Shown one piece after another: positions 18,601 to 28,112 of a DNA stretch of 64,000 nucleotides. Made by a program: the position numbers and the translations under genes. The stretch lies in assembly GCA_965227405.1 (NCBI GenBank), contig OZ245758.1:2996338-3060337 (forward strand). The letters are read 5' to 3'. The stretch's first letter is position 1; each line of letters begins with the position of its first letter. The notes under the pieces were generated by a model. That model was not told the DNA's origin. It made no database searches and saw nothing but the letters and a program-made list of their open reading frames with translations. This DNA comes from Polyangiales bacterium (GTDB lineage: Bacteria; Myxococcota_A; Polyangia; Polyangiales; Houyiibacteriaceae).

Positions 18601-20759
18601 GACGTGAGCGCAACGCGCAGACTCAGGGAGTGTTCGACCCTATTGCGAACCTCAACGCGATTGTCCGCGAGCGTTTTCCCGCCACACTTCATTTCATCGG
18701 CGAGGTCGCCTTGGATGGCACGCTGACCACGGTTCCGCTCGAGCTCGCCGACGCGTTGACGACGTATCGCGTGGAAGCGATCGCGTGGACTTCGAGTGGT
18801 TGGCTGACAACGGCCACCGTCGATGTGAAGGTTGATCAAGAAGCGACTGTCGACGCTCCCACACCACCATTTGGCACTGTGGGCGACACGTTGCGCTTGC
18901 CGGTTCGGGTGGGCAACCGCACACGCCAGCCGCTCGAAGTACGCGTTGTGGTCGAGCACGAAGGCGAAGGTGGCGTGACGATTCCGCAACCGTTGACGCT
19001 CACCGTTCCGCCGCGTGACGCGATCGAGAGCACGGTCGAAGTGAACCTGACGGCACAAGGCGCCGGTTCGTTGCTGATTCGGGCCATGCGCGCGTCGGAT
19101 GAACGACCACTGGATGCCGTGCGACGTCCCCTGACCGTGTGGAGCGATGCACGCTTGGTACGCGTGCGACGTGAGCTGCTCTTGGTCGACTCAAGTGGTG
19201 CTGAGCTGACCATCGATATTCCGGAAGATGCGAGTGAGCGCGGTGCGGGCGAACTTCGCGTGTTGCCGGCTACGGCGATCTTTGGCGACGTGACGCAGCT
19301 GACGCATCCCAGCGTGGGCTGGGCGCTAGCGTTGGTCGGCGAAACTCCGCCGGAGTCGTTGTTGGTCAACGCACGTCGCACGCTCCGCGCAGGCGACCCT
19401 GTGGAGGATCATCAGATTCACGGACCACCGGGTGTGCTGGCGATGGCTGCTGCGACGGTGTGGAAAGACGCGACCGTTCAGGATCCTGTTCTGAGACGTG
19501 CACTGCGATCGATCAGTCGCATTCTCGGCGACCCCACCAATACGCCCTCGCCGGGTCAAACCTTGGCCATGGCTGAAGTGCTCGCGGCGCTGGCTCCGTG
19601 TGTGCAAGAGGGTCGTCCTGCAGTTCGTGGTGTGCTGATCGAACTGACCGATGAACTGCGTCGTCGCGTTGGAAGTGGTGCGGTCGCACAGTCCGAGGCG
19701 CCGATTCTTTGGGCGCGCAGTGCAGCCGCGTTGGCTTTGGTGGGCGGGGATACGCGTGCACGCGAACTGCTGCGCCGAGCGGAGCGACACGTGGTGCGTT
19801 TGGATCGCGAAGCATTCTTGGAAGAGCCCTCACAAGCGGGCATTCCCGTCGCGCGCATCACGCCTACGGCGATCATGGCGATCGCGTGGGCGGCGTTGGA
19901 AGAGCGGGGACGTGCGATGGCGTACTTGCGTCACTTGGTGTCGCTCCATCGTGGTGCAGAGCACTGGCAGGCCGATGCACGCGTGATGGCTGCAGCCGCG
20001 GCGGGCACTGTCGCAGGCCGAGGTGCAGGAAGCACGCTGAGCGGAACCTACGGCGGCCAGTCTCTCTCGTTCAGTGCGCTTGATGACGCACCCGACTCAC
20101 GCATTCGTGTGGCTGAACTGCCGAGTGCAGTTGCGGGTTCCCATCGCGTTCGCGTGAACGGACCACGTCTCGCGTTGGTGTACCTCGATGTGCGTTATGG
20201 GCGGCCTTGGTCAGCGGCTCCTGACCGTGCGGCGCGAATGGACTTGGAGATCGAAGGGGATCTCGGGCCGCGTGATGCGCGTGCAGGCATTGCGCTGACC
20301 TTGCGCAACCGCGCACCACGTCTTGCGACCTCACCGGTGGTCGAGATCGATCTGCCGGCAGGGACCGAGCTCGACGAACCCACGCGCGCGGTGTTGCGCG
20401 GTCTCACCGTCGTGGAACCCACGGTGGAAGGACGTACGCTGCAATTGCATCTGCGGCCCTTGGCACCCGGTGGTCGTGCACGTGTACCGCTGCCCCTTCG
20501 TTGGAGTGTGGGTGGAACGCTCCGTGGGTTGGGCGTAACCGCGTACGACGATGCCACAGCACCTTCGACCGAGGTGCGACCGCTCAGCATTCTTCCTTCG
20601 CGCGAACTGACGATTGCCGATGAAGGACAAGAGCCCGAGCAAGCAGAAGCCGAGCGAACACCAACGCCTCAACCGCCTCCACCACCGCCACCCTTACCAC
20701 GTCCGGTCGATGCGTTTGGCCCTGTCGCGATGCTTCTTGAAGGAGGTGCGCGATGCTGA
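15633..20759 (+). CDS. Giant secreted protein (1708 aa), alpha-2-macroglobulin-like MG-domain signature + GspG-like pseudopilin motif; paralogue 1
   Basis: Sec signal MTSRLVLAFAVVFSSMAQAQ. MG2-like motif LLLDRNRYEPGETVHMW. Multiple Ig-like beta regions. GspG C-terminal-like segment ...LLDPWGRAFEFRR...ELVSAGPDGRFGSRDDVRNPF. Helical alpha/alpha-like region. Pro-rich tail. No CGEQ thioester motif seen. Confidence 0.45.
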   Translation: MTSRLVLAFAVVFSSMAQAQTTGLEVSLYGTTQAAYGGALRMSGVAFQTQGYAELRTLGGAQIEARLRDYDSSERQWQTIETVTVRSNASGAFDFVLEVPERRFRQVQLQIEVRGAGKERTFEYPVQLRSPLAFDLLLDRNRYEPGETVHMWSRLFRSEDGAPVSGRTVAVRVHDPSGRPMVERSVQVAQSGAATLDIELPDSAADGVYAVDLRLDDSIAGATARRTFQVARRTVERVLVETTIDQRVVPPSGQITGNVTVTTPSGAPVVGAEVQLQIGSDRRQRQVVQTDSEGVAAIRMQAPAYLVGDVQAQSLQVRVQHSAHGTLHSSASFLLSRVEWQVTATAANGAIVPEVDTEVVISVNDPRGEPAPAGTKVTVTGDAIRGGSREVEIDAHGLAVVPVRVADGDAGPLRGSTPGCSGISGVRVEVDVQTERPAFARVCLAVNPKAQVRPRVVRSVVAPGSIVEVDLARHPDVRGRPVLVEALMNNIAISAAFASGARARVQLPADVGGIVQIRARPLLPHDARHPLDQPGGSSLGTGSYDAVLVRPADAFGFEIGREQETYRVRETAQLGLRTTQSSPQAWATLVARDLAAHGGETPYSVAWMRGALDAAVTAPDAQGNDLLLRAALLRSLPQDNQPRREPPLVQPYWRSSYPRGGQGGTLRDPVADRDRMRRRQIGQLMMQLERFVSSWDLERAVRDGLLVRRGNGYDFHPDAIANLVRARQLGEAISDTLGGDTASIAMIRAVDASFTFDAVARRIARGRLVMLMMAISRFSNPDDANAARASQGQPPERWLSRMVQLGVLRPNQLLDPWGRAFEFRRAGTPQLVITDRAPAWELVSAGPDGRFGSRDDVRNPFQRLVAEGSPYAVVSGEDRLMKALSTLAPGPRVLQAMATAYASVSLQALEEQRQRAVSANASEGAEVMDDMLGGLATRGAGGMAAQSAPRRSARARPAPSPAMDAAGEVMAEADFEDEDGEPEPEEESERRERNAQTQGVFDPIANLNAIVRERFPATLHFIGEVALDGTLTTVPLELADALTTYRVEAIAWTSSGWLTTATVDVKVDQEATVDAPTPPFGTVGDTLRLPVRVGNRTRQPLEVRVVVEHEGEGGVTIPQPLTLTVPPRDAIESTVEVNLTAQGAGSLLIRAMRASDERPLDAVRRPLTVWSDARLVRVRRELLLVDSSGAELTIDIPEDASERGAGELRVLPATAIFGDVTQLTHPSVGWALALVGETPPESLLVNARRTLRAGDPVEDHQIHGPPGVLAMAAATVWKDATVQDPVLRRALRSISRILGDPTNTPSPGQTLAMAEVLAALAPCVQEGRPAVRGVLIELTDELRRRVGSGAVAQSEAPILWARSAAALALVGGDTRARELLRRAERHVVRLDREAFLEEPSQAGIPVARITPTAIMAIAWAALEERGRAMAYLRHLVSLHRGAEHWQADARVMAAAAAGTVAGRGAGSTLSGTYGGQSLSFSALDDAPDSRIRVAELPSAVAGSHRVRVNGPRLALVYLDVRYGRPWSAAPDRAARMDLEIEGDLGPRDARAGIALTLRNRAPRLATSPVVEIDLPAGTELDEPTRAVLRGLTVVEPTVEGRTLQLHLRPLAPGGRARVPLPLRWSVGGTLRGLGVTAYDDATAPSTEVRPLSILPSRELTIADEGQEPEQAEAERTPTPQPPPPPPPLPRPVDAFGPVAMLLEGGARC

Positions 20760-23700
20760 GGCTTTCGTTGGCTCTGGTCCTGCTCGCGAATGTGGCGAGC
20801 GCGCAAACCTCGACTGCACGACGCGTGAACCGCGGCGAAGTGACGGGCGTCGAACTCCAGATCGAAGGTGCGCTGACTGCGCGACGCGGCGAAACACTTC
20901 GCTGGAGTCTGGTTGCGTACGAAGTCGTTGGGCTTGATCAGCTGCGTCCGGCTGCCGGTGCAGAGATCACGATCGCCACGTCGCTCAAGCCAGGCGAGTT
21001 CGCCGCTGAAGCCACCGCGGATGCGCGCGGGCGAGCGTTGGTGGAAATCGAAGTCCCCGAGGATGCGGGAGCGAACTTTGGCGCCAACGTGCGCGTGCAT
21101 GCGCGTCGTGGTGTGTCGCGACGTTTTGACCTGCAGGTTCAACTGCAGGAGCCGCGTGTGTTGGAACTTCGCGCAGCACCCGCGGCGCGTGCGGGCGGAA
21201 CCCTTCCGGTGTTTGGGCGCTACCAGCGCTTTGACGGCCAAGCGATTCCCGAAGCGGCGATCGAACTCCAAGCCTACGACAGCCGGGGACCACTCGGTCG
21301 TCCGGTACGCGTCGAGTCGGATCTCGCTGGTGTGTTCACCGCGGACCTGCGCATTCCTCGCGATGCCGTCGCGCCTTTGCGCGTGACTGCGAAAGGTCCC
21401 GAGGACGAAGAGGAACGGCGCATTGAAGCCGCTGCGGCTGCAGTGTTGCTGGAACCGGCGGCTCCCCCGCTGGTGGTCGCCGTGTCGACCGACGGTGTGG
21501 TGCATGGCTCGCGTGCACGCGTTCCGGTTCAGGTGGTGATCCGACGTGCCGATGGGCGTCCCGTGGAGGGCGCGCTCGTGCGAGTGGGCAACCAACCCGT
21601 ACCGCTTACGCGCGAAGAAGAGGAAGCACAGCGACGTCTTCCGCTGACCCGAACGGACGCGCGCGGACGTGCCACGCTTGAATACGAGGCGCCGCGCGTC
21701 ACATCGGGATACCGCGACGTGAACGTGCAAGTCCAAGTAGGGCGCGCAGGCATTGGGCGTGCAACTGGCTCCGCGCGCTTGCGCATCACCAACCAGTCGC
21801 ACTTTGCGCAGCTAAGCGTGGAGGGTGGCGCATTGGTTCCGACGTTGGGTGCGCGCCTCTTTGCCGAAGTCGTTCGTGCAGATGGTCATCGCGCTCCGGC
21901 AGGTGTGCCGGTGGTCTTTACAGGCCCGCGCATTGGTCGACACGAGGCGACCACCGACGCGTCCGGTATTGCTGTGGCGTCGATGCAGGTGGGCCCCAAA
22001 GCCGACGAGGATCGTTGTGGCGGCGATGCGGTCACGGCAGTGGACATGAAGGTGGCCAACAACGACCTGATTCGTCTCTGTGTTCCGGTCGATCCCGACG
22101 CGGCGACGCGTGTGACGGTGGGCGAAGCTCTGGTCGGTCCCGGCGACACGGTGTCGGTGGAGATCGAACGCACGGCTGCAGCCGCGCGACTTCCTGTCGC
22201 GGTGACCGTCTTCAACGCTCAGAACCATCCGGTGCACACGACGGTTCTTGCACCGCGCACCAACACGCTGGAGATCGAAGCGTCAGGTCGAGGCGCCATG
22301 CGCGTTCGAGCGCGACCCTTGGTGGGTACGCGTCAGGAAGAAGCGCGAGGAAGCTTTGCTGCGTTCTGGGTCGCGCCGGATCGAAACCTCAACGCAGCCG
22401 GTGCAGCCGAGGGATCAACCAACACAGTCAACGTGCGCAGCACGGTTCAAGGTGCCGAACACGCGACCACTCTGGCGGTGTTGTGGCCGTTGGGGCAGCC
22501 GTTCGACGTCGGTCCTGCAACGCTTTCCGATCCGCGTGGGGAGTGGTCCGCCAACGTCGTGGCTGCCCACCTTGCGCGCACCACGCCGCTGGACATCGCG
22601 GCGCCGATTCGTTTGCGTGGACGCACGACGAGTCCCGCACCCGAACCCGCGTCGCCTGAGCAGTACGGACTTCTTCGCGATCCCTGGCGCGCCAGTGCGC
22701 GTTTTGTCGAAGGTCGATTGGCGTTGGTCTTCCGCGCAATTGAACAGCGCATCGAATCGGCGGTTCCTGAACAGATCGACGAAGTTGCCTCGGTCGAGCG
22801 AGGTCGCTTTCGCTTCAACCGCCAGCTCCTGGCGTCGTTGCAAAGCGGACAACTGGGTTCCGAAGGTGCAACCGGTCTTGGCGGCGAGCCACTGACGATC
22901 GAACGTCTCGAAGCACTGGATCGCGCGTTCACGTACGACAACGTCGCGCGTCGGATTACGCGACGACGTCTGTTCAAGATCCTGTTGGCGTTGCGCGCGT
23001 TCGTGCAGCAGCAAGCGCTGGATCTGGCGTGGACGCGTCCCGGGGATCCCACGTTGTGGATCGAGCGCCTGCGCAACCAGTACGTGCCGCAGGTCGGGCA
23101 GTTGCGTCCCGCGGAGCTCGTGGATGGTTGGGGGCGTCCGTTCCGTCTTCGCGCGACCGGCCGTGCGCGCTTCACCCGCGTGCAGCCCGTTGACGGTTAT
23201 GAGCTGGTGAGTGCCGGTCCCGACGGACGTTTTGGAAACGGCGACGACGTGGCCAACCCGATCGCGCGTGTGCTTCCCAACGGTTCGCTCTACGGGCGTG
23301 CGGTGGGTGAGGATGCTCTGGTGGCGCGTCTCCAAGGCGTTGAGTTGGGTCGCGCGACGCTCGACATGGCAGCGCGCGTGTTTGGTGTGGGTGCTGTCGG
23401 TATTCCCGCACCGAGTTCCACACCGCGTGGTGTGTCGCTGGGTTCGTTGCCCGCTCCGATCGAACCGGATCGTTGGGCACTTGCCCTTCGGCGTCCGACA
23501 CAGCCCGCGGACAGTCGAGTGCAGCGCATCGAAGGCAACGCGTCGGTCGAGGTGGGTGATGAACCGCGTACGTGGCGCGCTGCCCTTCTCACGATCACGC
23601 CCGATGGCTCGCGCCACATTCACGAGGATGGTGTGCGTGCTGGCTCGAGTGTGTTGCGCGACTTGATCCTGCCTTCGCGCTTGCGCGTAGGTGAGCCGCT

Positions 23701-25390
23701 CAACTTCCAGCTTCATCTCACCGACGTGAGCAACAACGGGACCCAGCTCAACATTCAGGCGAGCGCCGAGGGCATCGACGTCAACGTCGACTCGAGCCTG
23801 CAGTTGCCGGCCGGTGAAACGCGTACCTTGCCAGTTCGTCTCGAAGGTCGAGCGCCGGGCCGAAGCGAAGTTGTCGTGCAGGTGACAACCAGTGAAGGCA
23901 CGCAGTCGGTGCGCGGTCGGGTTGATGTGGACCGTGGACTTCATCCGGTGCGTCGACGCACCAGTGCACTTCTCGGCGAAGGCAGTTTGCGCATGCCCTT
24001 TGATGCCCCGAGTGGTTCGCAAGCGCGGTTGGTCCTGGTGGCGCCGCGCGCACTCGCTGCCGATCCGGACTTTGCCGATATGTGGCGAGACGACCCGGCG
24101 TTGATCGCGTGGAGCGAGACGCTGGCAGGTCGCACGCTAAGCGATGAGCTGCGCAGTCGCCTCTTGCGTGCACAGCGCGGTGGAGTGTTTGAAGGCCGCG
24201 AGCGCGCGATTTCGACAGCTGCTGCGATTTCGGCGCTGAGTGCCGTGTTCGATGAGCGCGGTCGGCCTGATCCTGAAGCGCAGGCCGCACGTCAGCGCGC
24301 GGTAGGCACGCTCAACGGGTTGGGTCAGATGCAAGATCCGACGGGGCACGGTGCGCTGCGTGCCCAAGCAGCGATCGTGACCGCACTCGCGACTTCGGGG
24401 GTGAGCGACCTGGACTCGCGTGAAGCCTACGATCCGGTCGGGCGCATCTTGCGCACCTGGTTGCCGCCGTTGCGACGCGCGCTGCGTGATGTTCCGGGTG
24501 AGCCCACGCTCTTGGCACGAGCATCTGCAGCATTGCTTCTCGCGGACCCGCGGGACGGGCATGCGCGAGCCATGTTCAACCGACTCGTTGAATCGCTTGA
24601 GAGTGCTCCCGGTGGTCAACGCGTGGTTCCAAGTACGGAACGGGCAAGCGTGGAAGAGAGCGTGCAAGCTTCGATCGCGGCAGCCCTCGCAGCGCACCAG
24701 TTGGGACGAAGCGAACTCGCGCGCGACCTGTTGGGGTACGCCGGTCGTCACACGGCAGACATCGCACGCAACGGCGGCGAGAGCGCGTTTTGGTGGTTCG
24801 CGGCCAACGCGTACGGTGCGTTTGGCGATTCGCCGGACAAGGTGGTGGTTCGCATCGACGGAACGCGCCACGAAGTCGACCTGAGCAACGGAAGCGCGAC
24901 GTTGCCGCTTTCGGGCAACAGCACGATTCGATTCGAGGGGGGCCAAGGTCCGGTGCTTGCGCGTGCGGAAGCCGTGTTTGGTCGCGAGCTGACGGCGCGC
25001 CGCGATGCGCCGCTGCGCTTGGAGCTTCGAGGAGAGTCGGGTGGCGTGGGCGAGCTCGCAGCATACGAGTTGGAGATCACCGCAACCCGCGCCGTGAACT
25101 CGGGTGTGCTGGATGTTCAGTTGCCGGCTGCTGTCGATGCGGACGAACGCTTCTTGGCGGTGCTGCAGGGCAATGCGCACGTGCGGCAGGCTGAAGCGCG
25201 CAATCCGGGATTCGTGCGGATCTGGTTGGCGCCGATCGCCGATGAGGCGCGCGCGACCATTCCGATTCCGCTGCGTTGGCAGGCCGTCGGGCAGGTTCGT
25301 GGACTTGCGATGATCGCGTACGAGGCGGATCAACCGGGCGAGATGACGATCTTGCCGCCACGTACACTCACCATTGCGGACGCCGACTGA
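20753..25390 (+). CDS. Giant secreted protein (1545 aa), paralogue 2 of the preceding gene
   Basis: ATG at 20753 overlaps the upstream stop by 7 nt. Signal MLRLSLALVLLANVASAQT. Same architecture, including the GspG-like segment LVDGWGRPFRLR...YELVSAGPDGRFGNGDDVANPI and a similar C-terminal end. Confidence 0.45.
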   Translation: MLRLSLALVLLANVASAQTSTARRVNRGEVTGVELQIEGALTARRGETLRWSLVAYEVVGLDQLRPAAGAEITIATSLKPGEFAAEATADARGRALVEIEVPEDAGANFGANVRVHARRGVSRRFDLQVQLQEPRVLELRAAPAARAGGTLPVFGRYQRFDGQAIPEAAIELQAYDSRGPLGRPVRVESDLAGVFTADLRIPRDAVAPLRVTAKGPEDEEERRIEAAAAAVLLEPAAPPLVVAVSTDGVVHGSRARVPVQVVIRRADGRPVEGALVRVGNQPVPLTREEEEAQRRLPLTRTDARGRATLEYEAPRVTSGYRDVNVQVQVGRAGIGRATGSARLRITNQSHFAQLSVEGGALVPTLGARLFAEVVRADGHRAPAGVPVVFTGPRIGRHEATTDASGIAVASMQVGPKADEDRCGGDAVTAVDMKVANNDLIRLCVPVDPDAATRVTVGEALVGPGDTVSVEIERTAAAARLPVAVTVFNAQNHPVHTTVLAPRTNTLEIEASGRGAMRVRARPLVGTRQEEARGSFAAFWVAPDRNLNAAGAAEGSTNTVNVRSTVQGAEHATTLAVLWPLGQPFDVGPATLSDPRGEWSANVVAAHLARTTPLDIAAPIRLRGRTTSPAPEPASPEQYGLLRDPWRASARFVEGRLALVFRAIEQRIESAVPEQIDEVASVERGRFRFNRQLLASLQSGQLGSEGATGLGGEPLTIERLEALDRAFTYDNVARRITRRRLFKILLALRAFVQQQALDLAWTRPGDPTLWIERLRNQYVPQVGQLRPAELVDGWGRPFRLRATGRARFTRVQPVDGYELVSAGPDGRFGNGDDVANPIARVLPNGSLYGRAVGEDALVARLQGVELGRATLDMAARVFGVGAVGIPAPSSTPRGVSLGSLPAPIEPDRWALALRRPTQPADSRVQRIEGNASVEVGDEPRTWRAALLTITPDGSRHIHEDGVRAGSSVLRDLILPSRLRVGEPLNFQLHLTDVSNNGTQLNIQASAEGIDVNVDSSLQLPAGETRTLPVRLEGRAPGRSEVVVQVTTSEGTQSVRGRVDVDRGLHPVRRRTSALLGEGSLRMPFDAPSGSQARLVLVAPRALAADPDFADMWRDDPALIAWSETLAGRTLSDELRSRLLRAQRGGVFEGRERAISTAAAISALSAVFDERGRPDPEAQAARQRAVGTLNGLGQMQDPTGHGALRAQAAIVTALATSGVSDLDSREAYDPVGRILRTWLPPLRRALRDVPGEPTLLARASAALLLADPRDGHARAMFNRLVESLESAPGGQRVVPSTERASVEESVQASIAAALAAHQLGRSELARDLLGYAGRHTADIARNGGESAFWWFAANAYGAFGDSPDKVVVRIDGTRHEVDLSNGSATLPLSGNSTIRFEGGQGPVLARAEAVFGRELTARRDAPLRLELRGESGGVGELAAYELEITATRAVNSGVLDVQLPAAVDADERFLAVLQGNAHVRQAEARNPGFVRIWLAPIADEARATIPIPLRWQAVGQVRGLAMIAYEADQPGEMTILPPRTLTIADAD

Positions 25391-25411
25391 GCGGCGCTAC
25401 TCTCCGCCGCC

Positions 25412-26053
25412 ATGAGCGACCCCATTGCCTTCCTCAAAGACACCTTTCCTGCCCTCTTCAACAAAGGCGTAGCTGGGCTCGAAGCCAAAGCTGCGGGAGG
25501 TCACGAGAAAGCCGGCAAGATCCTCGCGGACGTGAAAGGCGCGTCCGGAAACGTTGTGCTCGTCGTCGAAGGCGAGGGCGAGGTCTACATGAGTTTTGGC
25601 GACGGCAAGATGGAAGCCGTCGATGCGAAGCCGACCGACAACGTGAAGCTGGCCGTTGCTGCTCCGGCGGCTGCGGTGAAGATGCTGTTGGGCGAAGCCG
25701 AAAAAGAAGGCGAGCTCGAAGAGGACAAAGCGGCGAAGCGCGCAGCACGAACGGTGTCGAAGCGCATGCAAGACGCGTTGGGCGACCAGTCGTTGCTCTT
25801 TCACATCGTGATCGAGAACGTGCCCGAGCAGGGAACCGTTGCCGTGAAGATCGGACTCAACGCGCCTGAGCCTCCTGAAGAGCCGAAGTTTAAAGCGACG
25901 ATTGCGTTCGAAGACTTGGAAGCCGCGCGCAACGGCGAAGTGAACCCGCAGATGTTGTTCATGGGCGGGAAGCTGCGTATGGAAGGCGACTATTCAGCGG
26001 CGCTGCAACTCGGTATGCAGCTGATGACGCAAGCGCAGCAAGACGGCTTCTAG
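25412..26053 (+). CDS. SCP2 sterol-carrier/lipid-binding domain protein
   Basis: C-terminal signature MLFMGGKLRMEGDYSAALQLGMQL typical of the SCP-2 family. Confidence 0.6.
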   Translation: MSDPIAFLKDTFPALFNKGVAGLEAKAAGGHEKAGKILADVKGASGNVVLVVEGEGEVYMSFGDGKMEAVDAKPTDNVKLAVAAPAAAVKMLLGEAEKEGELEEDKAAKRAARTVSKRMQDALGDQSLLFHIVIENVPEQGTVAVKIGLNAPEPPEEPKFKATIAFEDLEAARNGEVNPQMLFMGGKLRMEGDYSAALQLGMQLMTQAQQDGF

Positions 26054-27495
26054 CCAGTCAGAAACGCCACGATCTTTTTCGCATCGGCTTCGGGTAAATA
26101 CCCAATCCGCAGCTGCCCACCCCCCGTCACGACGGTCCGCAGGTGAACGATGCCCGACCAACGATCGAGCGGGTTCGCGTTCCACTCCACGGCTTGAATG
26201 CGATCCTTGGGCATCCAGGCACGGTGAAGTCGAAAGATGCCCCAGCGTACCGCGAGCACGTCGCCTTCGATCGCCCACCCCAGCTGTCGATGCGCCGCAA
26301 ACCCCAATGCGATCGTCACGATCGGCAACGCGGCAAACAACGCCCACCACACCGAATGCGAACCCAACCATCCGCCTGCACCGATCGCGACGCCGAGCAT
26401 CGCACCCCGGATTCCCCAGCGTTGCCAAAGCACCGACGATGTTTTGGTCAGCGCAGGCTGAGCACTGACGCCCGGCAACACGCGCGGCACCAACGCATCG
26501 GCAACATGCGAACGCGCAGCGGGAACAAACACATCGACACCAGTCTTTTGGGCACCTTTGGGATCGAGCGCTGAGCCCGCGTTTTCAGCGCGCACCACGA
26601 CTAATCCCAAGAGGCGTCGAATCCAGGTTTGTTCGAGACGCAAGATCTGCAAGTAGCGACGCGGCATCGCTTGCTCGCGCGTGGTCAGCAATCCGTAGCG
26701 GCGGATGAAGACACCTTCGCGTTCTTGAAGCGTGAACCCGCCGAACTTCAGCCAGGTCACGGCGACCGAGACGATCCAACCCGCAACGATGAAGACCACG
26801 ATCACAAGGACGATCGTCAGCAAGACGCTCGACCCACGTTGCGCAAGGTAGTGACCCAGGAGTGTCGCTGCGCGAGCCATGCGTTCCTCCACGACTTCGG
26901 ACAGCTCTTGAAGAACCAGAAGCGCGCCCAGCACGAGAAGTCCCGCTCGGTTGTCGGTCAATCCCAGCAAGGTGAGCTCACGCGTGGAACAACGATGAAG
27001 CAACGCTTCTTCGGGTGGACTCTCGATGTCGGTCTTGCCCGCCTGGTGACGCGTGACACGTTGGAGCTCGCGACGAAGCGCATCGGCTTCGTCTTGCGTG
27101 AGTGCGTCCAACGTGGCTTCGGCCCCCGCGCTCGAAGCGGTTTCCACGGTAATCGTGACGATCTTGAGCATGCGTCGCAGCGGCGTTTGCGAGTGACTTA
27201 CGTCCTGAATGCGGTCGATCGGGATTCGTCGTTCACGACGCGAGAAGATCCCGTCGGTGATCTCCAACGCTTCGGTGGTCAGGCGATACCGGAAACGCGC
27301 AAAGCGCAGCATCGGCCCGATCAGCGTGAAGATGATCAACGCGGGGTACATCCAAATGAGGTCGCCGGCGTTGAAGAGTGCCACCAGAAACGCGAGCCAA
27401 AGTCGGCCCACGTTGTCGATGATCCCCACGGCAACCCAACGTGGATGCAGTCGTCCTTCGGCGAGGACGGTCTCACTTGAAGCGCTTGCGCTCAC
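26050..27495 (-). CDS. Membrane protein with three bacterial PH (bPH_2) domains, YdbT-like
   Basis: Alternating TM hairpins and bPH_2-type domains (...ITDGIFSRRERRIPIDRIQDV...). 481 aa. Confidence 0.55.
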   Translation of the reverse strand: MSASASSETVLAEGRLHPRWVAVGIIDNVGRLWLAFLVALFNAGDLIWMYPALIIFTLIGPMLRFARFRYRLTTEALEITDGIFSRRERRIPIDRIQDVSHSQTPLRRMLKIVTITVETASSAGAEATLDALTQDEADALRRELQRVTRHQAGKTDIESPPEEALLHRCSTRELTLLGLTDNRAGLLVLGALLVLQELSEVVEERMARAATLLGHYLAQRGSSVLLTIVLVIVVFIVAGWIVSVAVTWLKFGGFTLQEREGVFIRRYGLLTTREQAMPRRYLQILRLEQTWIRRLLGLVVVRAENAGSALDPKGAQKTGVDVFVPAARSHVADALVPRVLPGVSAQPALTKTSSVLWQRWGIRGAMLGVAIGAGGWLGSHSVWWALFAALPIVTIALGFAAHRQLGWAIEGDVLAVRWGIFRLHRAWMPKDRIQAVEWNANPLDRWSGIVHLRTVVTGGGQLRIGYLPEADAKKIVAFLTG

Positions 27496-28043
27496 TCGGA
27501 CTCGCTTGCTGTCGGGACCAACTCGCTTGGGATGAACGAGGGAGCATCTTGCGGCACTGCGGTTCCGGACGGCATGACGAGTTCGTCGCGTCTCTGCACG
27601 ATGTGAGCACGCAACGAATCGGCGCGCTCACGACTCAAGCCAGGAAGTTGAAAGGTCGCGGTTCGACCACCGGCCGTGAACACGGAAAGACGCGCGAGTC
27701 CGAAGAGCCGCTCAATCGGTCCGTGGTCGACATCGAGGTGCTGCATGCGATCGATCGGGATGATCTTTTCTTTGCGCAGAATGATGCCGTGCTGGACGTG
27801 CAGAAGGTTGCCGGTGAGCTGGAACTGAAAGCGGCGGAAACGAAGCCCTGCACTGACGATGTTCCACAGGGCGATCGCGGCGATGCCTCCAACCACGACC
27901 AAGGTGAGCGTGACTTGGGGTGACATGCGACCGGTGCGCGGCAGAACGCTCGCGACCAGCACACCCATGATCAACCCCGGCAGCATCCGAGGGATCGCTG
28001 CGAGCCGCCAGTACCAGACCACTTTGGGATCGAGGGACTCCAC
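27492..28043 (-). CDS. Membrane bPH_2-domain protein, YdbS-like
   Basis: Two TM helices followed by a bPH_2 domain (LLHVQHGIILRKEKIIPIDRMQHLDV). Overlaps the downstream YdbT-like gene by 4 nt, the usual ydbS-ydbT pairing. Confidence 0.55.
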   Translation of the reverse strand: MESLDPKVVWYWRLAAIPRMLPGLIMGVLVASVLPRTGRMSPQVTLTLVVVGGIAAIALWNIVSAGLRFRRFQFQLTGNLLHVQHGIILRKEKIIPIDRMQHLDVDHGPIERLFGLARLSVFTAGGRTATFQLPGLSRERADSLRAHIVQRRDELVMPSGTAVPQDAPSFIPSELVPTASESE

Positions 28044-28112
28044 GCGCGGATCATGCCTTGAACGTGCTCGTCTCGCGACGGTTCGATACTCTTAGGGAGG
28101 GAGAGGCTTGGT

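Noticed and set aside
20669-25333. Large antisense ORFs 20669..21802, 22415..24022 and 24137..25333 (minus strand)
   Set aside because: They lie entirely within the second giant secreted-protein gene. Arg/His-rich low-complexity translations characteristic of antisense frames in high-GC DNA.
15633-25390. Calling the giant proteins bona fide thioester-containing alpha-2-macroglobulins
   Set aside because: Only one MG2-like motif is recognisable by eye and no CGEQ/CLEQ thioester tetrapeptide was found on reading. They are therefore described as A2M-like pending HMM evidence.
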